A program made the translations under genes and the position numbers. Under the pieces are notes generated by a model, which was not told where the DNA came from, ran no database searches, and worked only from the letters and a program-made list of their open reading frames with translations. From Alphaproteobacteria bacterium (GTDB taxonomy: Bacteria; Pseudomonadota; Alphaproteobacteria; MPNO01), in assembly GCA_965248835.1 (NCBI GenBank), contig CBDFLJ010000002.1:1088001-1152000 (forward strand): a stretch of DNA of 64,000 nucleotides, written 5' to 3'. Below, piece after piece: positions 49,526-59,468 of the stretch (the first letter of the stretch is position 1; every line of letters starts with the position of its first letter).

Positions 49526-50566
49526 GTGAATGGACTCTATACCAGAACCACATGTGCGGTGATTGTCGGCTTGACTTTGGGACTTTCGGTGGCGCCACCT
49601 GCCAACGCCGAAACCAACTTGCGCTTCAATCGATGGCTGCCGGCGTCTCATTTCCTCCAGAAAGTGGTCCTTGACGGGTGGATGGCCGATGTCGCCAAAG
49701 TCACCCAGGGCCGGATCAAGCCGCAGGTCACGGCCGCCGGTGTCGGCGGGCCCAAACGGCAATATCAGGTGGTCGCCGACGGGATTGTCGATGTGGGCTG
49801 GATCGCGCATGGCTACACGCCGGGCGAATTCCCGCTGACCGAGTTCGTCGAGCTTCCTTTCCTCGGCGAAAGCGGCGAGGCGATCTCCGTCGCCTACTGG
49901 AATACCTACAACAAGTTTCTGTTGTCGGCCAAGGAGCACCGGGCGACACATCTGGTGACCCTCCATACCCATACGCCGGGCCATGTGTACAACAAGAAAC
50001 GGGCCATTAAGACGGTCGCCGATTTCAAGGGCCTGAAAATCAGGGCGAATAATCGCACGACGACCAAGTTCCTGAAATCCGTCGGTGCGACGCCGCTGTT
50101 CATGCCGGTGACGACGATGGGCGATGGTCTGGCCAAGGGCGTGCTCGACGGAACCGTCTTCACCGATGAGGCGTTCGTCAACTTCCGGATCCAAAAACAG
50201 GTGAAATACGCGCTCAAGTTCCCTGGCGGGCTTTACAACACCAGTTTTGCAACGGTTATGAACAGAGACGCCTGGAAGAAGATCTCGGCACAGGACAGAG
50301 CGGCGATCTCCAAGATTTCCGGCGCCGCGTTCGCCCGAAAAGCGGGCCGCGAATGGGATCGTCAGGAACGCATGGGGGAAAAAACGCTCGCCGGAATCGG
50401 CGTTCAGACGATTCATCTGAAAGGCAAGTTTCTCGATCTGATGCGTGCCAGGGTGTCGGGGTTCGAGCAGGATTGGATCAAGACTGCCGACGCCCGGGGG
50501 TTTGACGGCGCGGCGATCCTTCGGCAATTCCGTAAAGAAATCGCGGACTATCAAAAGAAGATGTAG
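49526..50566 (+). CDS. dctP: TRAP transporter substrate-binding protein
   Basis: GTG start after GGAGG; signal peptide; GYTPGEFPL..ELPF, DFKGLKIR, MNRDAW. Confidence 0.88.
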   Translation: MNGLYTRTTCAVIVGLTLGLSVAPPANAETNLRFNRWLPASHFLQKVVLDGWMADVAKVTQGRIKPQVTAAGVGGPKRQYQVVADGIVDVGWIAHGYTPGEFPLTEFVELPFLGESGEAISVAYWNTYNKFLLSAKEHRATHLVTLHTHTPGHVYNKKRAIKTVADFKGLKIRANNRTTTKFLKSVGATPLFMPVTTMGDGLAKGVLDGTVFTDEAFVNFRIQKQVKYALKFPGGLYNTSFATVMNRDAWKKISAQDRAAISKISGAAFARKAGREWDRQERMGEKTLAGIGVQTIHLKGKFLDLMRARVSGFEQDWIKTADARGFDGAAILRQFRKEIADYQKKM

Positions 50567-50653
50567 GCGCGGCCCTCTCGCCACCGGGCATCCAGGCTCG
50601 ACCCGGACAGATCCGCCACGCCATCCGGGTTGAGCCGAACCCACGATCACACC

Positions 50654-51205
50654 ATGTCAGAGACCCCCAGCCGGACGACCTCCGACCGCGCCACGGCAAC
50701 CCGGGCCGTCCGGCGGCTCGAACAAGCACTCGGTTATTTCGCCGCCTTGATCCTGTTCGTGACGATGGTGATGACCCTTGTCGACGTCTTGGGGCGGTAT
50801 TTTTTCTCCACCCCCTTGCCCGCGGGTCACGAGCTGACGGAACTGCTGGTCGGGCTGGTCGTCTATGCGGCCATTCCTCTGATCACCATCCGGAACCAGC
50901 AGATCACGATCACCCTGTTCAGCACGCGTTTGCGCGGTCTGTTCCGTTACATGCTGGACACGATTCTGCCGCTGTTCAGCGCCGTCGTCATGGGTCTTTT
51001 CGCCTGGCGGCTCGTCGTACAGGCGAGCAAGCTGGCCGAGTTCGGCTCGGCGACACTTTACCTGCAATGGTCGATTTATCCGTTCGTCTACTTCATGGGC
51101 GTCATGGCCGCGCTGTCCGCACTGATCTATCTGATCCTCGCGATCTTTCGGATAAAGCTCCACGGTGACGATGCCGATGCCGGTGCCGGTGTCTCGGCGG
51201 TATGA
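50654..51205 (+). CDS. dctQ: TRAP transporter small permease
   Basis: DVLGRY, HELTE, four TM segments. Confidence 0.88.
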   Translation: MSETPSRTTSDRATATRAVRRLEQALGYFAALILFVTMVMTLVDVLGRYFFSTPLPAGHELTELLVGLVVYAAIPLITIRNQQITITLFSTRLRGLFRYMLDTILPLFSAVVMGLFAWRLVVQASKLAEFGSATLYLQWSIYPFVYFMGVMAALSALIYLILAIFRIKLHGDDADAGAGVSAV

Positions 51206-52494
51206 CGCTCAGCATCATCGCTTTCGTGAGTCTGTTCGCGCTTCTTTTCCTCGAAGTGCCGATCGCCTTTGGCATGGCCGCCGTCGGTTTCGTCGGTTTC
51301 GCCGTCGTGATCGGCATCAATCCCGCGCTCAACCTGGTCGGCCAGATCGCATCCGACACGGTCATGAACTACACGCTGTCCGTCGTGCCGCTGTTCGTGC
51401 TGATGGGAAATTTCGTGACCCAGTCGCGGATCTCGCACGATCTCTACGATGCGTCCAATGCCTTTCTGGGCCATCGGCGCGGTGGGCTCGCGATGGCGAC
51501 GATCGTCGCCTGCGGCGGATTCAGTGCGGTCTGCGGCTCGAGCCTGGCGACGGCCGCAACCATGAGCCGGATCGCCATCCCGTCGATGCGGCGCTTTGGC
51601 TACGCCGACAGCCTGGCGGCGGGATCGGTCGCGGCCGGGGGCACGTTGGGGATCCTTATCCCACCCAGCGTAATCCTCGTCCTTTACGGCGCGATGACGG
51701 AACAGAATGTCGCGGCCCTGTTCGCGGCCGGCATCCTGCCCGGTATCATCGGAATCCTGCTTTATATCGCAGCGATCGCGGCCGCCACGGCGATCAACCC
51801 GGCGCTAGGACCGCGCGCGGATCGAACCAGCTGGGCCGGCCGTTTGCGGGCCCTGACGGGTGTATGGGGCGTGCTGCTGCTGTTTTCGCTGGTCATGGGT
51901 GGGATCTATTTCGGCGTGTTCACCCCGACCGAGGCGGCGGGGATCGGCGCGAGCGGCGCGTTTCTGATCGCAGCGCTGCGCGGCACGTTGACGGTGCGCT
52001 CGACGATTGCCGTCCTGATCGATGCCGCCCGCACGACGGCGATGATGTTCATCGTCCTGATCGGCGCTCTGATTTTCGCCAACTTCATCAATATGGCCCG
52101 GCTGCCGAACATCATCGCGGACTGGGTCCAGGGCCTCGACGCTTCACCGATCGCGGTGATCTTCATCATATTGGCGATATACGTGGTCCTGGGATGCATC
52201 TTGGAGAGCCTGTCCATGATGCTGCTGACCGTGCCGCTGTTCTATCCGATGGTATCGGCGCTTGGATTCGATCTGGTCTGGTTCGGGATCTTCGTCGTCG
52301 TGGCGATCGAGCTCAGCCTCATCACGCCGCCCATCGGGCTGAACGTGTTCATGTTGAAAGCGATGCTGCCGGACGTCGAGACGGCAACGATCTTTCGTGG
52401 CGTCGTTACGTTCATCGTGGCGGATTTCTTCCGGTTGGCAATTCTGGTGTTCTTTCCCGGCCTCGTATTGTTCCTTCCGAGGCTGATGGAATAG
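51202..52494 (+). CDS. dctM: TRAP transporter large permease
   Basis: GGTLGILIPPS, FTPTEAA, ITPPIGLNVF. Confidence 0.92.
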   Translation: MTLSIIAFVSLFALLFLEVPIAFGMAAVGFVGFAVVIGINPALNLVGQIASDTVMNYTLSVVPLFVLMGNFVTQSRISHDLYDASNAFLGHRRGGLAMATIVACGGFSAVCGSSLATAATMSRIAIPSMRRFGYADSLAAGSVAAGGTLGILIPPSVILVLYGAMTEQNVAALFAAGILPGIIGILLYIAAIAAATAINPALGPRADRTSWAGRLRALTGVWGVLLLFSLVMGGIYFGVFTPTEAAGIGASGAFLIAALRGTLTVRSTIAVLIDAARTTAMMFIVLIGALIFANFINMARLPNIIADWVQGLDASPIAVIFIILAIYVVLGCILESLSMMLLTVPLFYPMVSALGFDLVWFGIFVVVAIELSLITPPIGLNVFMLKAMLPDVETATIFRGVVTFIVADFFRLAILVFFPGLVLFLPRLME

Positions 52495-52496
52495 CC

Positions 52497-52680
52497 CGGA
52501 CGACAATGACGACGTGATTCTCATACCCGAATACCGGGATTGTAATTTCGGATATGTGCCGCTGCGCCCCGTCGGGGTTCTTGCCCCGCCGGTCTTCAGC
52601 GTCCAGCGCGCTTGCGTATCCGTCTGTGCCGTCTTGGCCGGCCTGTCGTGCCAGATCTCGGACGTGCTCTCGCCCGGACC
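52497..52680 (-). pseudogene. Internal fragment of an IS5-family transposase
   Basis: W.DRPAKTAQTDTQARWTLK then, after a frameshift, ITIPVFGYENHV; resembles the alphaproteobacterial IS5 motif 'KPAK..QKD.DARWT.K...IP.FGYKNH' as I recall it. Confidence 0.6.
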
Positions 52681-52879
52681 TGATCGGCGCAACCCCCGCC
52701 GAGCAGAACGACCAGTGGGCGGTCCACAGGGCGCACTACATGACACTGGAAACCATCGCTCCGCTCGGCGAGGATGAATTTATCAAGCTGCCTCCCGTGG
52801 CCGCTTGACCGGACCCGCCTCAATCCGCCGGACACCGCGTGGTGCTCGATGCTGCTACGCCACAACGCGGGACACGATC
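52680..52879 (+). mobile_element. IS256-family 3' remnant (transposase C-terminus plus right end)
   Basis: LIGA...EQNDQWAVHRAHYMTLETIAPL...LPPVAA* followed by ...CACAACGCGGGACACGATC, an IS256-like end. Confidence 0.72.
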
Positions 52880-52896
52880 AGCAGAGGAGTTTCCAA

Positions 52897-53635
52897 ATGA
52901 TGCGCTACATGCTCCTTTTCACAATTTCGTTGCTGGCGAGCGGCGCCTGTTGCGAAGCCGTGGCCGAGACCTGCGCCACAGGAGAAATCAGGATCAACGC
53001 TCCGGGGCTGTCCGCCTCCGAAGAGGTCGCGTTCCGTGAGCGCTTCGCCGTTGCGGCAGAAAGAGTCTGCGCATGGTGGGGGCCGTCATGGACGGGGGCT
53101 TCGAAATCGATGTCGAGGACAATCGCGGCCCGTCCATGGCGCTGCTGCCTGCTTGGCGCGGGAACCGCGGCCGCATGATCTTCCGTGCTCCCACCGTACG
53201 CCGCGCCGCCTCGGCCATCATCCACGAAGTCACGCATGTCACGGCGCCGAACGCGAACCGGTTCCTCGCGGAGGGTCTTGCGGTCTACGCACAGAAAAAA
53301 TTGCGGGGCCAGGCCGCCTACCCCAATTTCGGCCGCGATCTGCACCGACGGGCATCGACGTTCGCCAGGGCGGCTGACATACCGACATTGGAGCGCCACG
53401 CGACGCCGAAGCGGCTTCGGTCCGACACACTTCGGGCGGGACGTATATCGTCGCCGGATCTTTCATCAGGTACCTGATCGAGACCTACGGGTTCGAAAAG
53501 TTCCGCGCCTTATACGCCTTGACGCCGCTGGTCTCCCGGGCGCGAGACGCCGGTGATCCGGTACGTTGGGAACCGGTCTATGGAAAATCATTATCGGCTC
53601 TCGCGCGGGACTGGGAACGGATGCTCCAAAAATAG
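52897..53635 (+). pseudogene. Secreted HExxH (gluzincin/peptidase MA-like) protein, frameshifted twice
   Basis: Signal peptide in frame A; IIHEVTHV...FLAEGLAVY in frame B; YIVAGSFIRYLIETYG...W..VYGKSL..LARDW* in frame C; shifts near 53100 and 53435. Confidence 0.7.
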
Positions 53636-53770
53636 TCCCGGGACGTTGCGGTGAAACAAAGCCCGGTACATTGAGGCGGACCGCTTCACCCCATCAACGC
53701 AAGTGACCTTGCGGACCGGGGCGGGCCATGCATTTTCTCATGTGGCCGCCCGGGACGGATCCGATATCGC

Positions 53771-53797
53771 GAAGAAGGGGCCACCGGCCCCTTCTTC
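53771..53797 (-). terminator. Hairpin downstream of the BMP gene (possible terminator)
   Basis: GAAGAAGGGGCC-acc-GGCCCCTTCTTC, perfect 12-bp stem; no clear U-tract. Confidence 0.5.
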
Positions 53798-53824
53798 CGT
53801 TACCGGCGTTTCTTGAAGCTGGGA

Positions 53825-54796
53825 TCAGCGGATCTTGGGCAGGTCCTCGACCTTGCCGGCGATGATGTCGGCGATGAGCCGCTTGATCTTCATCTTGTCG
53901 GCGTCCGGGATCCGGTTTTCGAACTTGTAATAGGGTGCAAGGCCGAGCGCGTTCTCCTTGAAGCCCAGCAGGTAGTTCTTCGGCTCGATGGTGCCGGCAA
54001 CCACTTTCCCCAGCACGTGGTCGATGGCGACGTCCATATTGACCAGCGCGGTGCTGAGGATGGTGTCGGGCGCGAGCCCCGCGGAGTCGAAGAAAGTGCC
54101 GATCGCCATCACGCCCGCCTCCTTGGCGGCGTTGATCGTGCCCATCACCGACTCGTTGCCCTGCGCGGTCACCACGTCGGCTTTGCGCTCGATCATGGCG
54201 ACGGTGATCTCCTTGCCCTTGGCGGCATCGGTGAACGAGCCGACATAGGCGGAGAGCACCTTGATGTCCGGGCGCATCCGCTTGGCGCCGCGCTCGAAGC
54301 CGTCGGCATATTCCTGGATGACCGGGACCGGGATGCCGCCGACGGTGCCGATCACTCCGGTCTTGCTGGCCAAGGCAGCCAGCGCACCGGCGACATAGCC
54401 CGCATCGCCCAGCCGCACATCGAGCGAGGCGAGGTTGGGTGGGGCCGAGGCCTTGACCATGGTCACCAGGAACCACGTCTTGGGAAACTGCTTGTGGATC
54501 TTCGCTGCCGACTCGGCGAACTGGAACCCGTGGGCGATGATCACGTCGTAGCCGGCGCGCCCGTAACTGACCAGCGCCTCGTCGATCGCAGCGACCGAAG
54601 TGTTCTCCTGCATCGAGACCGAGATGTCGTAGTTCTTCCTGGCCATCTCGATGCCCTTGTGGGCGGCCGAGTTGAAAGTCCCATCGGTAATCGGGCCCGG
54701 CAGGACCAGGGCGACCTTGAGCGTCCTGGCTTGCGGCGCGGCCAGCACCGGCACCAGCAGGATCAACGCGGCAAACGCGAGCTTTTTGATTTTCAT
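53825..54796 (-). CDS. BMP-family (nucleoside-type) ABC substrate-binding protein
   Basis: PGPITDGTFN, YDVIIAHGFQF, GYVAGALAA..SKTG, YVGSFTD..KGKE. Confidence 0.9.
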   Translation of the reverse strand: MKIKKLAFAALILLVPVLAAPQARTLKVALVLPGPITDGTFNSAAHKGIEMARKNYDISVSMQENTSVAAIDEALVSYGRAGYDVIIAHGFQFAESAAKIHKQFPKTWFLVTMVKASAPPNLASLDVRLGDAGYVAGALAALASKTGVIGTVGGIPVPVIQEYADGFERGAKRMRPDIKVLSAYVGSFTDAAKGKEITVAMIERKADVVTAQGNESVMGTINAAKEAGVMAIGTFFDSAGLAPDTILSTALVNMDVAIDHVLGKVVAGTIEPKNYLLGFKENALGLAPYYKFENRIPDADKMKIKRLIADIIAGKVEDLPKIR

Positions 54797-54910
54797 CGGT
54801 GATCCTCCATCTCGCGAGCGTTCAAATGCTTGGATCGCACGAGTCAGGCTACAGTCAGGTTTCCCGATGGGCAAGCGGAGCCGCCGGGCAGCGCGATGGC
54901 GCGGGTGCGC

Positions 54911-56080
54911 TTAGCGCCTTGCGACCGGCTCGCCCCACAGGATGTACTCGATCGCCGGGCCGATCCTCTCGAAGGGACCGAGCTCCTCGATATCCTCGCC
55001 AGCCAGCAGCGGGACTTCGAGCGTCTTGAATTCGGGCGCGGTTACCACCAGCCGGGCGATCGGATCGCCCTTGTTGATCGGGGCCGGCACCGGACCGGCA
55101 TAGGCAATCACCGCCTTGAGCTTGCTGCGTGCGCGGCGTTGCAGCGTGATCTTGATGTCCTGCTCGGCGATTAGACGCACGAGATCCCGTTTGCCCAGCC
55201 ATACGCCGGCCGCGCCGACCACCGCGCCCTTCTCGAACAGGGCATAGTTGCGGAACCGGCGGAAGGCGAAATCCATCAGCCGGCGCGATTCCCGCGCTCG
55301 CTTGCGCGCGGTCGGCAGGCCGGCGAGGACCAGGATGATGCGCCGGCCATCGCGGGCCGCCGATCCCGCCAAGCCGTATCCTGCAGCCGCGGTGTAGCCG
55401 GTCTTGAGCCCGTCGGCCCCGCCATCGCGGTACAGCAGCGGGTTGCGGTTGCCCTGCTTGATGCCGCCGTGCGCGAAGCTCTTTTCGGCGAACAGAGGAT
55501 AGTATTCGGGGAATTCCTCGATGATCCGCTGCGACAGGATCGCGATGTCGCGCGCGCTCATCAGATGGCCCTCCTCAGGCCAGCCGGTCGCGTTGTGGAA
55601 GGTGCTGTTGCGCAGACCGATCTCGCGCCCGCGCTCGTTCATCTGCTCGGCGAACCGTTCCTCGCTGCCGGCGATTCCCTCGGCCAGGACGATGCAGGCG
55701 TCGTTGCCCGACTGGACGATGATGCCGCGCAGCAGATCCTCGACGCGGACCTGCTTGTTGATCATCACGAACATCTTCGAGCCGCCCTTGCGCCATGCCT
55801 TCCGGCTGACCAGGAACTTGTCGTCCATGCTCAGCCTTCCGTCCTTGAGCTGTTCGAAGGCCATGTAGACGGTCATCAGCTTGCTCATCGACGCCGGCGG
55901 GATCGGCGTGTCGGCGTCGCGCTCCAGCAGCACCGTGCCGGTCTCGGCATCGAGCAGGATCGCGTGCTTGGCGGTGGTCTGGAAGGATGCGGCCGGCGCC
56001 GGGCGAATCTGGACCGCAAGACACAGCGCAAGCGCCGCCGTGACGGCAAGCAGTCGCCGGTTGTGAAGCCCAGATCTCAT
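54911..56080 (-). CDS. dacA: D-alanyl-D-alanine carboxypeptidase (PBP5/6 family)
   Basis: PASMSK (SxxK), QSGNDA (SxN), LKTG, C-terminal APINKG domain. Confidence 0.9.
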   Translation of the reverse strand: MRSGLHNRRLLAVTAALALCLAVQIRPAPAASFQTTAKHAILLDAETGTVLLERDADTPIPPASMSKLMTVYMAFEQLKDGRLSMDDKFLVSRKAWRKGGSKMFVMINKQVRVEDLLRGIIVQSGNDACIVLAEGIAGSEERFAEQMNERGREIGLRNSTFHNATGWPEEGHLMSARDIAILSQRIIEEFPEYYPLFAEKSFAHGGIKQGNRNPLLYRDGGADGLKTGYTAAAGYGLAGSAARDGRRIILVLAGLPTARKRARESRRLMDFAFRRFRNYALFEKGAVVGAAGVWLGKRDLVRLIAEQDIKITLQRRARSKLKAVIAYAGPVPAPINKGDPIARLVVTAPEFKTLEVPLLAGEDIEELGPFERIGPAIEYILWGEPVARR

Positions 56081-56358
56081 CGCGGCAGCCTCCTCACGGG
56101 TCACCCTCTCACCGAGTCAAAATATCTGTAGCCGATTCTGGGACCGCCGGGTAGCTTCGCCACTCATGGACGATTCGGGCTTCCCCGACCCATTTGATCG
56201 CGCATTCCCTTCCCGGACGCATCGGATCGGTTTTTCGGTCGGGCAAGCCGTTTCCGACACCCGTACCTTCCGCAGCCACCATCCTTCGATCACCGACGGC
56301 CCGCACCGGACGGCTCCCGGCTGTCCGGCCGCACGGCGCCCAAGACAAGGCGAACGCG

Positions 56359-57165
56359 ATGTATGACCCCGATGACATCTTCCCGCTGATCGGCCGCCCG
56401 GCGTCCGCCGCAGGCGTTCCCATCGCGCTGATATTCGACCAGCCTTCGACCCGCACCGACATGTCCTTTCGTCTGGCCTGCCACGCCATCGGGGCGATCC
56501 CCGATCCGAAGCCCATGGGGATGTCAAGCATGGCCAAGGGCGAAACCCTGACGCACACCTTCCAGGCGCTCGCCGACATGGGCTATGCCGCGATCGTCTA
56601 CCGCGGCTATGGAACCTACGAGGAGCCCGGCATACCGGTGATCAACGCCGGCAACAAGGGAGAACATCCGACCCAGGCGCTGATCGACCTCTATACCGCC
56701 GAGTGCGCGCTCGGCAAGACCGAGGGCATTCGGGTGCGCCTGGAGGGCGATAGTTCGAGCCGGGTGGCCCAGTCGGTCACCGACCTGTTCCGCCGGCGCG
56801 GCCATCGGGTGATGATCGACTATCAGTGCGACCCGCCGCTCGAAGACCCTGACCGGCTGAACTACGACATTCTGATGGTCTTCCGCTGGCAGGACGGCCG
56901 CCCGGCGGAACGGCCCATCTCGCGCATTCCGCCCGGCATCCGCCTGATGGCGCCAGGTCCGGTGATCGACGAGATCGATCACGGCCTGATCAGCATGCCC
57001 CAATCGCTTATCCGCGAGCAGGTGAGGAACGCGGTTAAAGTCCGCGCCGCGGTCATCCTGTGGGAGCTGGACCGCGCCCAGCGGCTGCGCGAGCTTTCAC
57101 TTCCCGAGATTGACGTGCTCCATCGGCCCGATCAGGCCGCGGTGCGAGAGATCGCGGCCCACTGA
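56359..57165 (+). CDS. Compact, divergent aspartate carbamoyltransferase-like protein
   Basis: PSTRT, KGET, INAG...HPTQAL, SRVAQS, RWQ, MAPGP, QVRN...R; 268 aa. Confidence 0.75.
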   Translation: MYDPDDIFPLIGRPASAAGVPIALIFDQPSTRTDMSFRLACHAIGAIPDPKPMGMSSMAKGETLTHTFQALADMGYAAIVYRGYGTYEEPGIPVINAGNKGEHPTQALIDLYTAECALGKTEGIRVRLEGDSSSRVAQSVTDLFRRRGHRVMIDYQCDPPLEDPDRLNYDILMVFRWQDGRPAERPISRIPPGIRLMAPGPVIDEIDHGLISMPQSLIREQVRNAVKVRAAVILWELDRAQRLRELSLPEIDVLHRPDQAAVREIAAH

Positions 57166-57230
57166 GGGGGCAAGCGCGCGATCTGGCGCGGCGTTCATCG
57201 CCCCGGCGGTCGTTTGAGGGCGGCTGAGGG

Positions 57231-57671
57231 TTACGTGCCGGCGATCGCCTCGCGCACCCGTGCGGAGTCCTCTTTCTTTTCGATCAGCGGCAGCTTGGCC
57301 TTGGCGTAGGTGTGCTTCTCCTTGAGCTTGCCGTTCTCGAAATGGAGGATGTCGAGGCCGCGCCAGCCGCCCGATCGCTCCTCGGTCTCGATCGTCAGGA
57401 GCCAGCGGATCAGTGCCTTTCCGGCGGCGACGTCGAGGAACATGTCCTCGGTGTGAAAGCGCAGCTTGCCGTAATCGCCGCGGAACTGCGGGACGAACGC
57501 CTGTTGGATCGCTTCCCTGCCGTGGTGGCGCACGCCGTGAAATTCGTCATAGATCGCATCCTCGGCGAAATACGACATCACCTCCTCGATGTTCTCGCGG
57601 TTGAAGGCCTCTGTGAAATCGACCACCAGCGCCGCGAGCGCCGCCCGGTCCGTGCTGTCGTTGGATGTCAT
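57231..57671 (-). CDS. NTF2/SnoaL-like protein
   Basis: FTEAFN...YFAEDAIY, HGREAI, GLDILHFENGKL.EK.TY. Confidence 0.85.
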   Translation of the reverse strand: MTSNDSTDRAALAALVVDFTEAFNRENIEEVMSYFAEDAIYDEFHGVRHHGREAIQQAFVPQFRGDYGKLRFHTEDMFLDVAAGKALIRWLLTIETEERSGGWRGLDILHFENGKLKEKHTYAKAKLPLIEKKEDSARVREAIAGT

Positions 57672-58447
57672 CGTCTTTGCTCCAGTTCTGACGGGGCCGA
57701 ACCGTCCCCGGTCACCGCCGGTTCATCGCCGCGCGGCCATCGCCGGCCGAGCACGACCAGCGCATCGACCGCCACCGGATCCGCGCCGGTGACGATCATC
57801 GGGTTGACGTCGATCTGCTCGATCTCGGGGTGATCGAGGCCGATCCTGCCCAGCGCGACGATCGACCTGGTGAGCGCGGCCAGATCGACCGCCGGCATGC
57901 CGCGGATGGCCTCGAGCAGCTTGTGCCCCCTGATGCTCCGGACCATTTCCAGCGCATCGCGCTTGCGCACGGGCGCGATGCGGAACACAACGTCTTCGAG
58001 AACCTCGGTGAAGATGCCGCCAAGGCCGAACATGACCGATGGTCCGAACTGCTCGTCGCGGATCATCCCGATCGCGACCTCGCGCTCGCCTCTGATCATC
58101 TGCTGGACCAGGAAGCCGCCGGTAAACGCCGGCCCGGCGCGTTGGTTGATGGTGCGGAAGGCATCGCCCAGCGCCCTGTCCGAGCTGAGATTGACCGCGA
58201 CCAGACCCTTTTCCGTCTTATGGGTCGCTTCCGCTGCACATGCCTTCAGCACGACCGGATAGCCGAGTGTCTTTGCTGCGTCCCTGGCCTGTGCAAGCCG
58301 GCTCACCAGCACCTCACGGGTCACCGGGATGGCGTAGGCGGCAAGAATCCGCTTGCTGTCGTACTCCGAAAGCGTGCGCTCGCCGCGGGATTTCGCCGCA
58401 TCGATGACTGCGGCCGCTTGTCTTGCGGCGTCGCTTCGCCCCGCCAT
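57668..58447 (-). CDS. ADP-forming acyl-CoA ligase ATP-grasp (beta) subunit
   Basis: LSEYDSKRIL, GYPVVLK, HKTEKG, FGPSVMFGLGG, DVNPM, AVDA. Confidence 0.85.
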   Translation of the reverse strand: MAGRSDAARQAAAVIDAAKSRGERTLSEYDSKRILAAYAIPVTREVLVSRLAQARDAAKTLGYPVVLKACAAEATHKTEKGLVAVNLSSDRALGDAFRTINQRAGPAFTGGFLVQQMIRGEREVAIGMIRDEQFGPSVMFGLGGIFTEVLEDVVFRIAPVRKRDALEMVRSIRGHKLLEAIRGMPAVDLAALTRSIVALGRIGLDHPEIEQIDVNPMIVTGADPVAVDALVVLGRRWPRGDEPAVTGDGSAPSELEQRR

Positions 58448-58469
58448 CGAAGCCGGTCCGGCGGCCGGC

Positions 58470-59468
58470 TCAGCCGGCCTTGCCCGTGGTCAGCACGATC
58501 TTGCCGATCGATTTGCGCTGGCCGAACAGCGTGATCGCCTTCTGGAAGTCTTCCAGCGGATAGGTGGCGGTGATCGCCGGACGGATCTCGCCCTTGACGC
58601 ACATCTCCAGGACCTCGGCGACGACCTTCTCCATGGTCTCGGGCACGTAGCGGAAGTGCAGGTCGAGCGATACGCCGGCCATGGTCAGGTTCTTGACGTT
58701 GAAATAGCCGACCTTGGCCTCGGGGATGCGGCCGGCCGCGAAGCCGATGGCGACGATCCGCCCGGCGAAGGCAAGCGTGCGGATGGCGGCATCGAACACG
58801 TCGCCGCCGACCGGATCGAGCACGATGTCCACGCCCCTGCCGTCGGTCACGGCGAAGATCTGCTCACGCAGGGACTCGCGCAGGTCGCCGACCGACAGGT
58901 CGATCGTATGATCGGCACCGTTGGCCTTCGCCAGCGCGTTTTTCTCCTCGGAAATATCCGCCGCGAGCACGACCGCGCCCTTGGCCTTGGCGATCTGGAC
59001 GGCCGCCAGCCCGACACCGCCGGAGGCGCCCAGCACCAGCACGGTCTCGCCCGGCTGATACTGACCGCGGATCATCAAGGACACATAGGCGGTGTTGTAG
59101 ATGGTCGTCATTCCCGCCCCGGTGATGAAATCGATGCCCTCGGGCAGCGGGAAACACCGCGATTCCGGAGCAACGACCTGTTCGGCATAGGCGCCGGTCG
59201 GGACGAGGACCGCGACCCTGTCGCCGACCTTGACCTTGGTGATCTTCTCGCCAATCGCGGTGACGATCCCGGCGGCGTCGCGGCCGGGAACGAAGGGGCG
59301 CTGGGGCTTGGTCTGATAAAGACCCTGCATCATCAAGGTGTCGGGGAAGTTGACGCCGATTGCGTGGACCTCGACCAGCACTTCCTGCGGTCCGGGTCTG
59401 GGGTCGGGCACCTCCTCGAGCTTGTGGCTTTCCAGCGGCCCGAATTCGTGGATGAGGACACCGCGCAC
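58470..59468 (-). CDS. NADPH:quinone oxidoreductase-family (MDR) protein
   Basis: GVNFPD, PFVPG, VLGASGGVG, LDPVGG, GFAAG, GKIVL; GTG start after GGAGG. Confidence 0.9.
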   Translation of the reverse strand: MRGVLIHEFGPLESHKLEEVPDPRPGPQEVLVEVHAIGVNFPDTLMMQGLYQTKPQRPFVPGRDAAGIVTAIGEKITKVKVGDRVAVLVPTGAYAEQVVAPESRCFPLPEGIDFITGAGMTTIYNTAYVSLMIRGQYQPGETVLVLGASGGVGLAAVQIAKAKGAVVLAADISEEKNALAKANGADHTIDLSVGDLRESLREQIFAVTDGRGVDIVLDPVGGDVFDAAIRTLAFAGRIVAIGFAAGRIPEAKVGYFNVKNLTMAGVSLDLHFRYVPETMEKVVAEVLEMCVKGEIRPAITATYPLEDFQKAITLFGQRKSIGKIVLTTGKAG

